From Ignavibacteriota bacterium (GTDB taxonomy: Bacteria; Bacteroidota; Ignavibacteria; Palsa-1295), in assembly GCA_963787835.1 (NCBI GenBank), contig CAWBEI010000002.1, positions 544,001 through 608,000 on the forward strand: DNA of 64,000 bases, given 5' to 3'. The notes under the pieces are model-generated. The model saw only the letters and a program-made list of their open reading frames with translations. It did not search any database and was not told the DNA's origin. Positions 26,925 to 36,707 of the stretch are shown here, in pieces. The translations under genes and the position numbers were made by a program. Position 1 is the first letter of the stretch. The number at the start of each line of letters is the position of its first letter.

Positions 26925-28088
26925 GTGGCTCAAACCTTTTCTAACATCCTCATTTATGAGGACGCTATCGCTCGAAGCCGGAAATTCCTTCCGCTGACGT
27001 ACACGCGCTGTGTTGCTGAACTTCGTTCCGGCACATTCACTGGCATCGAGCGCATGCAGACGCAGTTTCCCGACGCGCGCATCTATCTTCACGCTCTTCC
27101 TGAACTAATGGATGTTATTTCCGGGCGTTACTCGCTTCCTGTGAATGAGGTTCCCAAAGGCAGCACACTTCTCGTCAATGCTCGTGAGTCGTTAATTTTC
27201 AACACCAATGATGGAAATGTTCATGACACGTTGCCGCCGGAATTATCCAATAAAATAATGTCCGGCGAGCCGATCGATGTCCAAGGTAACAATGCCCCCG
27301 AATCGCTTTGGGATATTATTCATTCAAATACTGAGACGATCGAAGCTGATGTTGAATTGTGGGCGAAAACTCACTCAATACTTGAAAGCCCCTCACTTCC
27401 GAACTGCACTATTATCAATCCCGAAAATCTTTTCGTACATCCAACAGCGCGCATCGATAGCGGTGTTGTGCTTGATTGCTCCGAAGGCCCAATTATTATC
27501 GAGGATGGCGTGCGTATCATGCCACACACAACGATCATGGGTCCTGTATTCATAGGCAAAAATGCTATTGTAAAAATTGGCGCAAAAATTTATGGCGGAA
27601 CTTCCATCGGCCCGGTTTCGAAAGTTGGAGGGGAAATTGAGAATTCGATTATTCAGGGATTTTCGAACAAGCAGCACGATGGGTATCTTGGCCACAGCTA
27701 TCTGGGGTTGTGGGTTAATTTAGGCGCCGGAACGAATACCAGCGACCTAAAAAATGATTATTCACCCGTCCGCGTCACGATAGAAGGTGAAGAATTCAAC
27801 ACAAATTCTCTCTTCGTCGGGCTTTTGATGGGCGATCATTCGAAAAGTGCGATAGGTACACAATTCAATACAGGAACAGCTATTGGTGTAAGTTGCAATA
27901 TTTTTAGTTCAGGCTTTCCTCCTAAATGGATCCCAAATTTTTCGTGGGTTGGAGAGAATGGAGTTGAACCCTATCGCTATGAAAAAGCCATCGAGGTTGC
28001 AAAAACTGTCATGCACCGCCGAGATCAGGAACTCCCCGCCGAAGCAGAAGCGATGCTAAGAGATCTCTTTAATAAAAGAAATCTTTAA
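26925..28088 (+). CDS. GlmU-like putative sugar nucleotidyltransferase with hexapeptide repeats
   Basis: FLPLTYTR.VAELRSG, left-handed beta-helix repeats, SNKQHDGYLGHSYLG.WVNLGAGTNTSDLKN. Confidence 0.88.
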   Translation: MAQTFSNILIYEDAIARSRKFLPLTYTRCVAELRSGTFTGIERMQTQFPDARIYLHALPELMDVISGRYSLPVNEVPKGSTLLVNARESLIFNTNDGNVHDTLPPELSNKIMSGEPIDVQGNNAPESLWDIIHSNTETIEADVELWAKTHSILESPSLPNCTIINPENLFVHPTARIDSGVVLDCSEGPIIIEDGVRIMPHTTIMGPVFIGKNAIVKIGAKIYGGTSIGPVSKVGGEIENSIIQGFSNKQHDGYLGHSYLGLWVNLGAGTNTSDLKNDYSPVRVTIEGEEFNTNSLFVGLLMGDHSKSAIGTQFNTGTAIGVSCNIFSSGFPPKWIPNFSWVGENGVEPYRYEKAIEVAKTVMHRRDQELPAEAEAMLRDLFNKRNL

Positions 28089-29002
28089 TTGTCATACTCC
28101 TTCACTTCTTCCAACATTACTGTTCCAAGCCTGGCTAACACTTCCCTGATCTTCTTTTTGCTCTCGTATTTCACCGGCACGAGCGGCAGCCGGTAATATT
28201 CCTGAATGATGCCGCGCATGGCAAGCGCGCACTTCACTGGCCCCGGATTCGATTCGACAAAATTCACCTTCATCAATTCGAGCAGTTCATAATGGATCGC
28301 CCGGGCTTCCTCGAACTTTCCTTCCAGCGCAAAACGAACCATCCGCGAAAATTCACCAGGCATCACGTTCGATGTTACACTGATAACGCCCTTCGCACCC
28401 AGCGAAATAAGCGGAACGGTCAAATTATCCTCGCCGGAAAGCAGATTAAACCCAACCGGCGCATTGCGGATGATCTCCATGCACTGCGCAAGATCGGCGC
28501 TCGCCTCTTTTACCGCAACAACGTTCTCAATGTCCGCACAGCGAAGCGTAGTCTCCGCTGTCATATTCAATCCAGTGCGGCCGGGAACGTTATACATCAC
28601 CACAGGCAGTCCCACTTCCGCAACGGCGCTGAAATGTGCAAAGAGACCGTTCGGAGTGGGCTTGTTGTAATACGGGGTAACAACGAGCGCCGCGTCCGCG
28701 CCGAGTTCCATAGCCTCTCGCGTATTGTGGATCGAACTGCGAGTGTCGTTCGTGCCGGTTCCTGCAATGATGACCGCGCGATGATCCACATATTCTACGA
28801 TCCATCGAATGATCTCCCGCCGCTCCGAGGCGGTGATCGTCGGATTCTCGCCCGTCGATCCTAGCGGCACAAGCATCTCAACGCCGCCATCCAATTGATG
28901 ATCTACAAGCCGCGCCAGCGATTCGAAATCGACCGAGCCATCTTCATTAAATGGCGTAACGATCGCGGTTCCCGTACCTCGGAGTTTGTGGTGCATGTTC
29001 AT
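28085..29002 (-). CDS. dapA: 4-hydroxy-tetrahydrodipicolinate synthase
   Basis: TAIVTPF, GSTGE, TPYYNKP, MYNVPGRTG, VKEAS, ESNPGPVK; start coupled to the dapB stop. Confidence 0.96.
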   Translation of the reverse strand: MNMHHKLRGTGTAIVTPFNEDGSVDFESLARLVDHQLDGGVEMLVPLGSTGENPTITASERREIIRWIVEYVDHRAVIIAGTGTNDTRSSIHNTREAMELGADAALVVTPYYNKPTPNGLFAHFSAVAEVGLPVVMYNVPGRTGLNMTAETTLRCADIENVVAVKEASADLAQCMEIIRNAPVGFNLLSGEDNLTVPLISLGAKGVISVTSNVMPGEFSRMVRFALEGKFEEARAIHYELLELMKVNFVESNPGPVKCALAMRGIIQEYYRLPLVPVKYESKKKIREVLARLGTVMLEEVKEYDN

Positions 29003-29739
29003 GTGCGTTCTAATATTTGTTTGATGTTTTCCTCGAATCGATATAGTCCCGAACGCCCTACGATCCATTCGGCAGCTCGCACTGCTCCCGAGGCAAACCC
29101 TCGACGATTCTTGGCCTGATGTGTTAGCTCGATTGAATCTTCCTCAGAATCGAAGCCTACCGTATGCGTGCCGGTGATAGCCCCAGCGCGAATGGAACTA
29201 ATATAAAGCGTGTCGGGCGAAATTGCTTCCGCTCTTGGCAATTCCGACGCTACTTTCGTTTTGGATGGTAAACCTGAAAGCACTGCTTCGCTGATGCGTA
29301 ATGCAGTCCCACTTGGAAAATCCTTTTTGCCGCGATGGTGTGCTTCCACAATATACGCATCGTATCCGGCATCGTTTATCATCCTCGATGCATCCCGTAC
29401 GATCTGCAAAAAAAGATTTACCCCCACGGAAAAATTCGAACCGATCACGCAGCCAATTTCAGCATCATCGACCATTTTGCGGACCTTCTCTAATGCGTCA
29501 TCCCATCCGGTTGTACCGATAACGATGGACAACCCGGCATCCGCGCAAAGTTTCACATTTGCCTGGACGGCATTCGGCTGACTGAAATCGATCGCTACAT
29601 TCGCACCGGATTTGCGAAGTGCATCTGCATTGGCATGGTGATCAATATCGAATGTAGCAGCAATGCGGTGTCCGGCAGCCAACGCAGCGGCTTCGATCTC
29701 GCGGCCCATCTTGCCATAACCGAGTAAGGCGATGTTCAT
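28999..29739 (-). CDS. dapB: 4-hydroxy-tetrahydrodipicolinate reductase
   Basis: GYGKMG, IDFS, VIGTTG, NFSVGVN, EAHHRGKKDFPSGTA, H.A.NR.GFA.GA. Confidence 0.96.
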   Translation of the reverse strand: MNIALLGYGKMGREIEAAALAAGHRIAATFDIDHHANADALRKSGANVAIDFSQPNAVQANVKLCADAGLSIVIGTTGWDDALEKVRKMVDDAEIGCVIGSNFSVGVNLFLQIVRDASRMINDAGYDAYIVEAHHRGKKDFPSGTALRISEAVLSGLPSKTKVASELPRAEAISPDTLYISSIRAGAITGTHTVGFDSEEDSIELTHQAKNRRGFASGAVRAAEWIVGRSGLYRFEENIKQILERT

Positions 29740-29743
29740 AATG

Positions 29744-29757
29744 CAAAAATACGACAA
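29744..29757 (-). promoter_or_regulatory. Bacteroidota-type -7 promoter (TGTCG-TATTTTTG) just before the dapB ATG, implying a near-leaderless mRNA
   Basis: Matches the TAnnTTTG consensus, 4 nt from the start codon. Confidence 0.55.
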
Positions 29758-29774
29758 TCGCCAATGAGGGACAA

Positions 29775-30005
29775 TTATCTTCTGTCAAGCCCAATGGTAA
29801 AACCAACCGCCATCCCGCTGCTTGTGTGATTATTACGTTGAGTAAGCTCAAATGTATTCGAGAGAAGTTCCTGGGCAAGCTGCTGGGCAAGACGAGAGTC
29901 GGGAACGTAAGAGGCAAGCTCCGGGCCGCTGTGCGCAGGAGAAAGCGCCGGCGTAAGCGCCGGGGAATCGGAGTAAGAATCGCGGGGTAGGTCGTGACCG
30001 TTCAT
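29775..30005 (-). CDS. Small hypothetical protein (76 aa)
   Basis: ATG at 30005 with a GGAG ribosome-binding site; fills the gap between the NRAMP gene and dapB on the same strand. Confidence 0.5.
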   Translation of the reverse strand: MNGHDLPRDSYSDSPALTPALSPAHSGPELASYVPDSRLAQQLAQELLSNTFELTQRNNHTSSGMAVGFTIGLDRR

Positions 30006-30085
30006 TGGTTCTCCAATAAGATTTATTACCGGATTGCAACCCTCAGCGAGGCGGGAAAAGTTCGCGGTTTTTGGCCTATCCTGCC

Positions 30086-31369
30086 TTATAGTGTCACGAA
30101 GAACAGTACTACCGCGATCAACATGACCGCCGTTGCTGCCCACCCCAGCCATCGCCATATTCGTGAGATCGTAAACGCACCCATGATCTTCGGGCGCGAG
30201 GCCATCAACATAATAACTACCATGATCGGCGCGGAGATAATGCCATTGATCACCGCCGACCAGAAAAGTGCACGAATAGGATTTAAGCCAATATAGATAA
30301 GACCCATCCCAAGCAAGGTGGCAAAAATAAGCACGCCATAAAACCGTTTTGCATGGGAAGGTTTATCTTCCAAACTCCCATGAAAATTTAATGCTTCACC
30401 CACAGCAAATGCCGCAGAGCCTGCCAGCACCGGCACAGCAAGCAATCCCGTACCGATAATTCCTACGGAAAAAAGTAGAAAACAGAACGATCCTGCAAGC
30501 GGGCGCAATGCTTCGGCGGCTTGCGATGCCGTTTCAATTTGTGTAATTCCGTGTGCGTGCAGCGTTGCTGCCGTGGCAAGAATAATAAAGTAAGCAATGA
30601 GATTCGAAAAACCCATTCCGAGCAGCGTATCGCGTCGGATCCATCGAAGCGCTGCCGGCGCTTCTTCCGGATGCTGTAGAAGTGCGTTTTGATCTTTGTG
30701 CGTCCGGATGTCCTCGACCACTTGCGAAGATTGCCAAAAAAAGAGGTACGGACTGATCGTGGTTCCCAATAATGCAACGAATGTTGCCATGTAGCCTTTA
30801 TTCCAAGACATCGTGGGAATTAATGTCGCCTTGAGCACATCGCCCCATTGCACATGCGCGAAGAATACAACCCCAATGTACGCCAGAAGCACGAACGTCA
30901 ACCATTTCAACACGTTCGAATATTTGCGATACGGAACGAATACCTGAAGGACGATCGAAAGCAGGGTAAATCCAACAGCGTAGATATGCTCGCTTCCACC
31001 GAAGAGCAATGTTGCTGCAGAACCCATCGCGCCAATATCGGCGCCGAGATTGAACACATTCGAGATGAGCAGCAGCAATACTAACGGAAGCGCAACTTTT
31101 TGCCCATAGAATTTCCGCATGTTTGCGGCAACACCGCGCCCGGTCACACGCCCGATCTGACCGCAGATCATTTGGATCGCAGACATCAGCGGCCAGGTGA
31201 AAACCATCGTCCATAGTATCGGATGCCCAAGCTGTGCGCCAGCTTGCGAATAGGTAGCAATGCCGCTTGGGTCATCATCGGCAGCGCCGGTGACCATCCC
31301 TGGCCCCATCCATTCCAAGAGCGAGGTTCCTTTGCGCAAAAGGGAGTTGGGACCTGTTTTCTTTGCCAT
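30086..31369 (-). CDS. NRAMP-family divalent metal transporter
   Basis: GPG.VTGAADDDPSGIATYSQAGA, LGTTISPYLFFWQ, about 11 TM helices. Confidence 0.92.
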   Translation of the reverse strand: MAKKTGPNSLLRKGTSLLEWMGPGMVTGAADDDPSGIATYSQAGAQLGHPILWTMVFTWPLMSAIQMICGQIGRVTGRGVAANMRKFYGQKVALPLVLLLLISNVFNLGADIGAMGSAATLLFGGSEHIYAVGFTLLSIVLQVFVPYRKYSNVLKWLTFVLLAYIGVVFFAHVQWGDVLKATLIPTMSWNKGYMATFVALLGTTISPYLFFWQSSQVVEDIRTHKDQNALLQHPEEAPAALRWIRRDTLLGMGFSNLIAYFIILATAATLHAHGITQIETASQAAEALRPLAGSFCFLLFSVGIIGTGLLAVPVLAGSAAFAVGEALNFHGSLEDKPSHAKRFYGVLIFATLLGMGLIYIGLNPIRALFWSAVINGIISAPIMVVIMLMASRPKIMGAFTISRIWRWLGWAATAVMLIAVVLFFVTL

Positions 31370-31393
31370 TATCGAGAGCTTAACACATTTAGC

Positions 31394-32389
31394 TCAAAGA
31401 TATTGCTTAATTGCGCTTATCGAATTCGAAGTAATGTCATAAAGGATATTTTTCCCTTTCGTCTCATCGCTCGCGGCGGCAAGTTGGAATCCGGGACGAA
31501 GCGATCGAGCAGCCCACTCGCCATCTGCGCGAATGACCATCAGTCCAGCTTGCATATCATCGGTGAGATGTTTATCAAGCAAAATGCGAGCAATCGCGCG
31601 CTCGCAGGCTTCCTCTGGCTCGACCCCCTGTCGGATCATTTCGACAATATGAAATGCCGAGCACGCTCGCATCATGAGTTCGCCATTTCCGGTGGCGACG
31701 GCAGCAGCAATTCCTCCGGCGACATAAAGTCCAGCGCCGATTATGGGTGAATCCCCCACGCGGCCTTGCATTTTGAAGGCAAGCCCGCTCGTTGTGCAAG
31801 CTCCTGCAAGGTGTCCAGCGTTATCCATCGCCAGAATGCCGATAGTATCATGGGATTCATTTTGCTTTCGCCCAACTCCGTCACGGCTGATCTCAGATTC
31901 AGTTCCCTTTTCATCCACACTGACAAAAACATATTCATGGTCACCTTCTTCGGCGCGGCGAAGTCGAACATGCAGTTTATCCGGCTGGGCGCTCCATTGT
32001 TCCCAAAGCGCTTTCGCTTTGTCTGTAAGAAGATTTGATTTAACAAATCCCTCTGCTTCTGCAAATCGCTCGGCGCCTTCGCCAACAAGCATAACATGCG
32101 GCGTTTTTTCCATCACGCGCCGCGCGATGGATGCAACATGCTCGTAATTTCGCACGAAAGCTACAGCCCCGCAATTACCTTCGTGATCCATGATGGAGGC
32201 ATCGAGCGTTACCTCTCCAATCGCATCCGGCAAACCGCCGCGACCCACTGACATGCAGGTCAGGTCGGCTTCGCAAAAACGCGCGCCAAGTTCCACAGCA
32301 TCGAGCGCGCTTTTGCCGTTCAGGATGGCATCGTAGGTAATTTGGTTTGGTTTGAAGCCATGCTTCCATGTTGAGAGGGAAAGAATCAA
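31394..32389 (-). CDS. N4-(beta-N-acetylglucosaminyl)-L-asparaginase / isoaspartyl peptidase (Ntn hydrolase)
   Basis: SALDAVE, SVG.GGLPD..GEVTLDASIM, autocleavage site HDTIG, GRVGDSPIIGAG, TGNGE. Confidence 0.93.
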   Translation of the reverse strand: MILSLSTWKHGFKPNQITYDAILNGKSALDAVELGARFCEADLTCMSVGRGGLPDAIGEVTLDASIMDHEGNCGAVAFVRNYEHVASIARRVMEKTPHVMLVGEGAERFAEAEGFVKSNLLTDKAKALWEQWSAQPDKLHVRLRRAEEGDHEYVFVSVDEKGTESEISRDGVGRKQNESHDTIGILAMDNAGHLAGACTTSGLAFKMQGRVGDSPIIGAGLYVAGGIAAAVATGNGELMMRACSAFHIVEMIRQGVEPEEACERAIARILLDKHLTDDMQAGLMVIRADGEWAARSLRPGFQLAAASDETKGKNILYDITSNSISAIKQYL

Positions 32390-32393
32390 ATTT

Positions 32394-33008
32394 TTAATAG
32401 AAATTAATTGGCGCTTTGTAGATGATTCCGCTATCGATGTGCACTGTATCAGCCATAGAACTTCCTTGTGACGTGTCGATCGCCAAAAAGCTAAACTTGC
32501 CGCTGATCAGATTGTTAACGGTATCAAGATCCGTTATCGTTAATATTCCAGTGTGCTTCATATCCGTGAACCATGTATAATCTGTCAAAACACCAACGGT
32601 ATCGGGCCATAGTGCCACACTGGCACTGCCTTGCAAAAGTGGGCAGTTTATTTTTATTAAAGAGTTTGAAGGCGCCTGGAGTGTCAAGTCTAAGGAGAAA
32701 GTACCAGTGTCAGGTAAATCGTAAACAAATTTTGATATATAAGGGAGACTTCGAACCACAAACGAAATTTGAGCACTACTACCTGCGCCATCACCGCCTT
32801 CTCCAGAAATCATAAAAAGTGAATCGGAGGACCAATACCCAACTTGCATAGTCGAAAGAGCTTCACCTTCGTAATCATAAATAACGTAGTGATGACCCTG
32901 AGCAGAAAAAGTGATTTGTGCATCACCTACTTTCCCGCCTACAAATGAAATTGGCGGAGCACATCCTACCAAAACCACAAGAAAAATTGCGTACTTAGCA
33001 TTTCGCAT
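32394..33008 (-). CDS. Hypothetical lipoprotein
   Basis: Lipobox VLVGC after MRNAK; C-terminal G.LTIT.LDT.NNLISGKFSF, typical of small Bacteroidota lipoproteins. Confidence 0.7.
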   Translation of the reverse strand: MRNAKYAIFLVVLVGCAPPISFVGGKVGDAQITFSAQGHHYVIYDYEGEALSTMQVGYWSSDSLFMISGEGGDGAGSSAQISFVVRSLPYISKFVYDLPDTGTFSLDLTLQAPSNSLIKINCPLLQGSASVALWPDTVGVLTDYTWFTDMKHTGILTITDLDTVNNLISGKFSFLAIDTSQGSSMADTVHIDSGIIYKAPINFY

Positions 33009-33126
33009 GTCGCAACAACAATGAGCGAGTACGAGTGTGTTCACTTAAAGAATCATAAATGAAAGAGCCAGAAGATTTGTTAAGGTATCAATTCCATAAA
33101 TCTTTTTCTCATTTTTAATAACAATT

Positions 33127-33549
33127 ATGCCAGATCTCAAGAACAGCAAGACATTTCATAATCTCAAAGAAGGCTTTGCGGGCGAGTCCCAGGCAAATCG
33201 CCGTTATCTTTATTTCGCGCGTCAGGCGGATATCGAAGGCCAGCCCGATGTAGCCGGCGTGTTCCGCGATACCGCCGAAGGCGAAACGGGACATGCGTTC
33301 GGCCACATGGAGTATCTCGCCGAAGTCGGCGATCCCGCCACCGGGCTTCCCGTCGGCGATACCAAAACGAATCTGCAAGCCGCGATCGCAGGCGAGACCT
33401 ACGAATACACCGAGATGTATCCCGGCTTTTCTAAAACCGCTCGCGAAGAAGGTTTCGACGAAATTGCCGAATGGTTCGAAACCCTCGCGCGCGCTGAGAA
33501 ATCCCACGCGGGAAGGTTCCAGAAAGCATCCGACTCTATAGTGGCCTAA
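33127..33549 (+). CDS. rbr: Rubrerythrin (short form, no rubredoxin domain)
   Basis: [44 protein letters not shown]. Confidence 0.95.
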   Translation: MPDLKNSKTFHNLKEGFAGESQANRRYLYFARQADIEGQPDVAGVFRDTAEGETGHAFGHMEYLAEVGDPATGLPVGDTKTNLQAAIAGETYEYTEMYPGFSKTAREEGFDEIAEWFETLARAEKSHAGRFQKASDSIVA

Positions 33550-33613
33550 TCACAGTGGACGGAGTGGACAACATGGACGAATTGTCCAATTCGTCCGTGT
33601 TGTCCATTAAAAA

Positions 33614-34936
33614 ATGATGGTCTTTGATACCCACGATCCACTCTATTGGAACTCGGCCGATCTCCAGGCAGAGTTCACGCGTGTGCTCGATGTGTGCAAC
33701 GGCTGCAGGCTGTGCGATGGGCTATGCCCATCGTTCAATGATGTCTTCGACCGTATCGAAGAGGAAGACGATAAACTTTCTGCAGCCGGACAAGCCAAAG
33801 AGAATCCCGTTCATCAACTGAAGAAAGCAGATTATGACAAGGTCGTAGATTTTTGCTATCAGTGCAAACTCTGCTACCCGAAGTGCCCGTACACCCCGCC
33901 GCATGAGTACATGCTGGATTTCCCTCGACTTCTCCTGCGCGCCGATGCGATAAAAACCAAAGAGCGTGGCAAGAGCCTCCAGCAAAAACTTCGCGATGAA
34001 ATAACCGGCGATACCGACCGCTCCGGAAAAATCGCCGCCGCAATCCCCGGCGTTATGAATTGGGCTGCGAATAACAAGCTCGGGCGCAAGACGCTGGAAG
34101 TTGTTGCCGGGATCGATCACAGGAAAAAGCTTCCCATTTATCAGAAGGAAACATTCCAAGCTTGGTGGAAACATCAAAAGAAATCTGCTCCTTCAACACC
34201 AATTGACAAAGTGGCTCTCTTCTACACTTGCATGGTCGATCAGAATAAGCCCTGGATCGGCGAGCAGTATGTGAAGATGTTGGAGAAATTCGGCATTGAA
34301 GTGACGGTTCCAGAACAGGAATGTTGCGGAATGCCCGAACTTGGCACCGGAAATATCGGGAAACTAACGAAGACCGCTGATCGCAACATTGCGCGGCTTA
34401 TGCCTTACGTCGATGCGGGAATGAAAATTATCGCGATGAGCCCCAGTTGCTCCATGATGCTGCGGCAGGACTATGCCCATTACGCGTCGGACAAATCCGC
34501 CGCAGAGCGGGTGATGGCCACAGTAATGGATCCTCTTGAATATCTTATGAGGCTGCACCGCGAAAAGAAGATCACCCTCGAATTTCCGGTCAGCGTGGGC
34601 GAAACCATCACCTATCATCTTCCATGCCATTTGCGCGTGCAGAACGTGGGATTTAATTCCCGCGACCTGATGAAGATGATTCCTGGACTAAAGGTTAACA
34701 TGGTTCAGCAATGCTCCGGGCATGATGGATCGTGGTCCTCGAAGAAAGAATATTACGAGATCTCGCTCGATGTTGGTAAAAAGCTTTTCAAGGCCATCGA
34801 CAAGGAAAAACCCGCTCAGGCGATCGCGCCCACGGTCGCCAGCGATTGTTCGCTTGCGCATCTGCATATTGAAGAAGGAACCGGCGAACACGCAAAGCAT
34901 CCGATCGAGATACTTTATAAAGCAATGGGATTATGA
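33614..34936 (+). CDS. Fe-S oxidoreductase (GlpC/HdrD-like, CCG domains) associated with rubrerythrin
   Basis: CNGCRLCDGLC, CYQCKLCYPKCPY.PPH, ECCGMP, YHLPCH, CSGHDG. Confidence 0.92.
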   Translation: MMVFDTHDPLYWNSADLQAEFTRVLDVCNGCRLCDGLCPSFNDVFDRIEEEDDKLSAAGQAKENPVHQLKKADYDKVVDFCYQCKLCYPKCPYTPPHEYMLDFPRLLLRADAIKTKERGKSLQQKLRDEITGDTDRSGKIAAAIPGVMNWAANNKLGRKTLEVVAGIDHRKKLPIYQKETFQAWWKHQKKSAPSTPIDKVALFYTCMVDQNKPWIGEQYVKMLEKFGIEVTVPEQECCGMPELGTGNIGKLTKTADRNIARLMPYVDAGMKIIAMSPSCSMMLRQDYAHYASDKSAAERVMATVMDPLEYLMRLHREKKITLEFPVSVGETITYHLPCHLRVQNVGFNSRDLMKMIPGLKVNMVQQCSGHDGSWSSKKEYYEISLDVGKKLFKAIDKEKPAQAIAPTVASDCSLAHLHIEEGTGEHAKHPIEILYKAMGL

Positions 34937-35508
34937 TCACCCTCTCCGACATTCTTAACATCGCCGAATACGAAAAGCAACGCCCCGAATACCGTAAACG
35001 TATGATCGAGGCGAAGAAGAATCGCCGCATTTCGGTTGGGCCGTTCATGACATTCGTATTTGAGAACCGTGATACCGTTCTTTTCCAAATTCAGGAAATG
35101 GTCCGAACCGAACGGATGGTCTATGATAAAGACATCCAGCATGAGATCGATACCTACAGCCAACTTTTGCCATCGCACGATGAACTTTCTGCTACACTTC
35201 TCATCGAGATCACCGAGAAAGAGCAGATCAAACCAACGCTCGATTCGCTTGTAGGCCTGACGAAAGATTCCATCTATCTCATGATCGGCGATAAAGAGAT
35301 CGACACCATTTTCGATGAAGAACAATCCGAAGAAGGGCGAATTTCGGCAGTGCAATATGTCCGATGGAAATTGAGCACAGAAGATATAGAACGTCTTCGA
35401 GCCGGCGATTCAGAAGTGGGAATTCTCATCCGTCATCCGAATTATCACCACTTCACTCGGCTGACAAACGATCAGCGCGCAGCAATAGCAAAAGATTTGA
35501 GCGAGTAA
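34933..35508 (+). CDS. DUF3501 family protein
   Basis: YEK.RPEYR...I..KK.RR, FENRDTVLFQIQEMVRTER, SAVQYVRW; canonical third gene of the rbr cluster. Confidence 0.9.
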   Translation: MITLSDILNIAEYEKQRPEYRKRMIEAKKNRRISVGPFMTFVFENRDTVLFQIQEMVRTERMVYDKDIQHEIDTYSQLLPSHDELSATLLIEITEKEQIKPTLDSLVGLTKDSIYLMIGDKEIDTIFDEEQSEEGRISAVQYVRWKLSTEDIERLRAGDSEVGILIRHPNYHHFTRLTNDQRAAIAKDLSE

Positions 35509-35510
35509 AA

Positions 35511-36590
35511 TTACAGCACCCGAAGTTCTTTCGGAGATGTCGTTAGGACTTCGCAGCCTTCGCGGCGGATAACAATATCATCCTCGATACGAACGCCACC
35601 CAACCCATCCAGGTAAATTCCAGGCTCGATGGTCACGACCATATTCGGTTCGAGCTTATAGCGCTCGCCCCGCTGCGATACCTTCGGAAGCTCATGAACT
35701 TCGATCCCTAATCCATGTCCCGTCGAATGGCCGAACTTTGAGCCATAGCCATGCAGCGTGATGTAATCTCTGGCAACAGAATCGAGATCCCTCGCGCTCA
35801 TCCCTGCAGCAACCTTATCGATAGCCCGCTGCTGCGCGGCATGAACGATCTCATAGATCTTTTGCAATTCCACATTGACCTTCCCTACCGCAACGGTGCG
35901 AGTCATGTCAGAATTAAATCCCTTGTGGACGCATCCGAAATCCAACGTGACCAACTCCCCCTTGCGTATCTTTTTATCGGTGGCGGCGCCATGCGGAAGT
36001 GCGGATCGTTCGCCGCTTGCTACGATGATGTTAAATGCTTCACGTTCTCCGCCACATATTCTTGTTTGGTACGCGATCTCGGCAGCGATCTCTCGTTCGG
36101 TTACGCCTGGCTTTATTTCGGGTATTACTTTATCATAGACCGCATCGCCGATCTGGGCTGCTTTACGGATCGCGTCGATCTCATCCTCGGATTTGATCAT
36201 GATAAGCTTTTCCACAACCTCCGTTTGCGGATCGAGCTTCACATGCCTGAATTTCGTACGCAGGAAATCATACATCGAGTAGCTGATGTGATTTTTCTCG
36301 AACCCAAGGTGATCGTAATCGGAAAAAAGCTGCTTTTCTACAAGGGTATCTGGAATGGTGCGGTCCCGATCGACGATAGAGATCTTGGCGCCTACTACTT
36401 CCGTCTTAACCTGCGCTTTATACCGGAAATCGGTAAAAAAATGGGGCTTGCCCTGCGCCGGGACGATCAAGAGGCCGTTCGAGCCTGAATAATTAATGAG
36501 GTACTGAATATGGGGAAGATGGGTAACGAGCAGTGCATCGAGCCCTATGTCCTTAACCGTCTTTTGTAATTTTGCTAATCGAGCCATCAT
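35511..36590 (-). CDS. Xaa-Pro aminopeptidase (M24B)
   Basis: TDFRY, IVASG.RSALPHG, DFG....FNSDMTRT, HSTGHGLGIEVHE, TIEPGIY...GGVRIEDD. Confidence 0.95.
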   Translation of the reverse strand: MMARLAKLQKTVKDIGLDALLVTHLPHIQYLINYSGSNGLLIVPAQGKPHFFTDFRYKAQVKTEVVGAKISIVDRDRTIPDTLVEKQLFSDYDHLGFEKNHISYSMYDFLRTKFRHVKLDPQTEVVEKLIMIKSEDEIDAIRKAAQIGDAVYDKVIPEIKPGVTEREIAAEIAYQTRICGGEREAFNIIVASGERSALPHGAATDKKIRKGELVTLDFGCVHKGFNSDMTRTVAVGKVNVELQKIYEIVHAAQQRAIDKVAAGMSARDLDSVARDYITLHGYGSKFGHSTGHGLGIEVHELPKVSQRGERYKLEPNMVVTIEPGIYLDGLGGVRIEDDIVIRREGCEVLTTSPKELRVL

Positions 36591-36707
36591 AACCTAATAG
36601 AATATATGGGGAGACTGCGGCCAGGCGGGTGATACAGCGCCGTGGCTCACGCTGCGGCCTTAACGCACGGGAAGGCAGTAAAGCTTCTGGAAAAATCCCG
36701 TAAATTA

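Noticed and set aside
35751-36488. 245-aa plus-strand ORF
   Set aside because: Antisense shadow of the Xaa-Pro peptidase gene.
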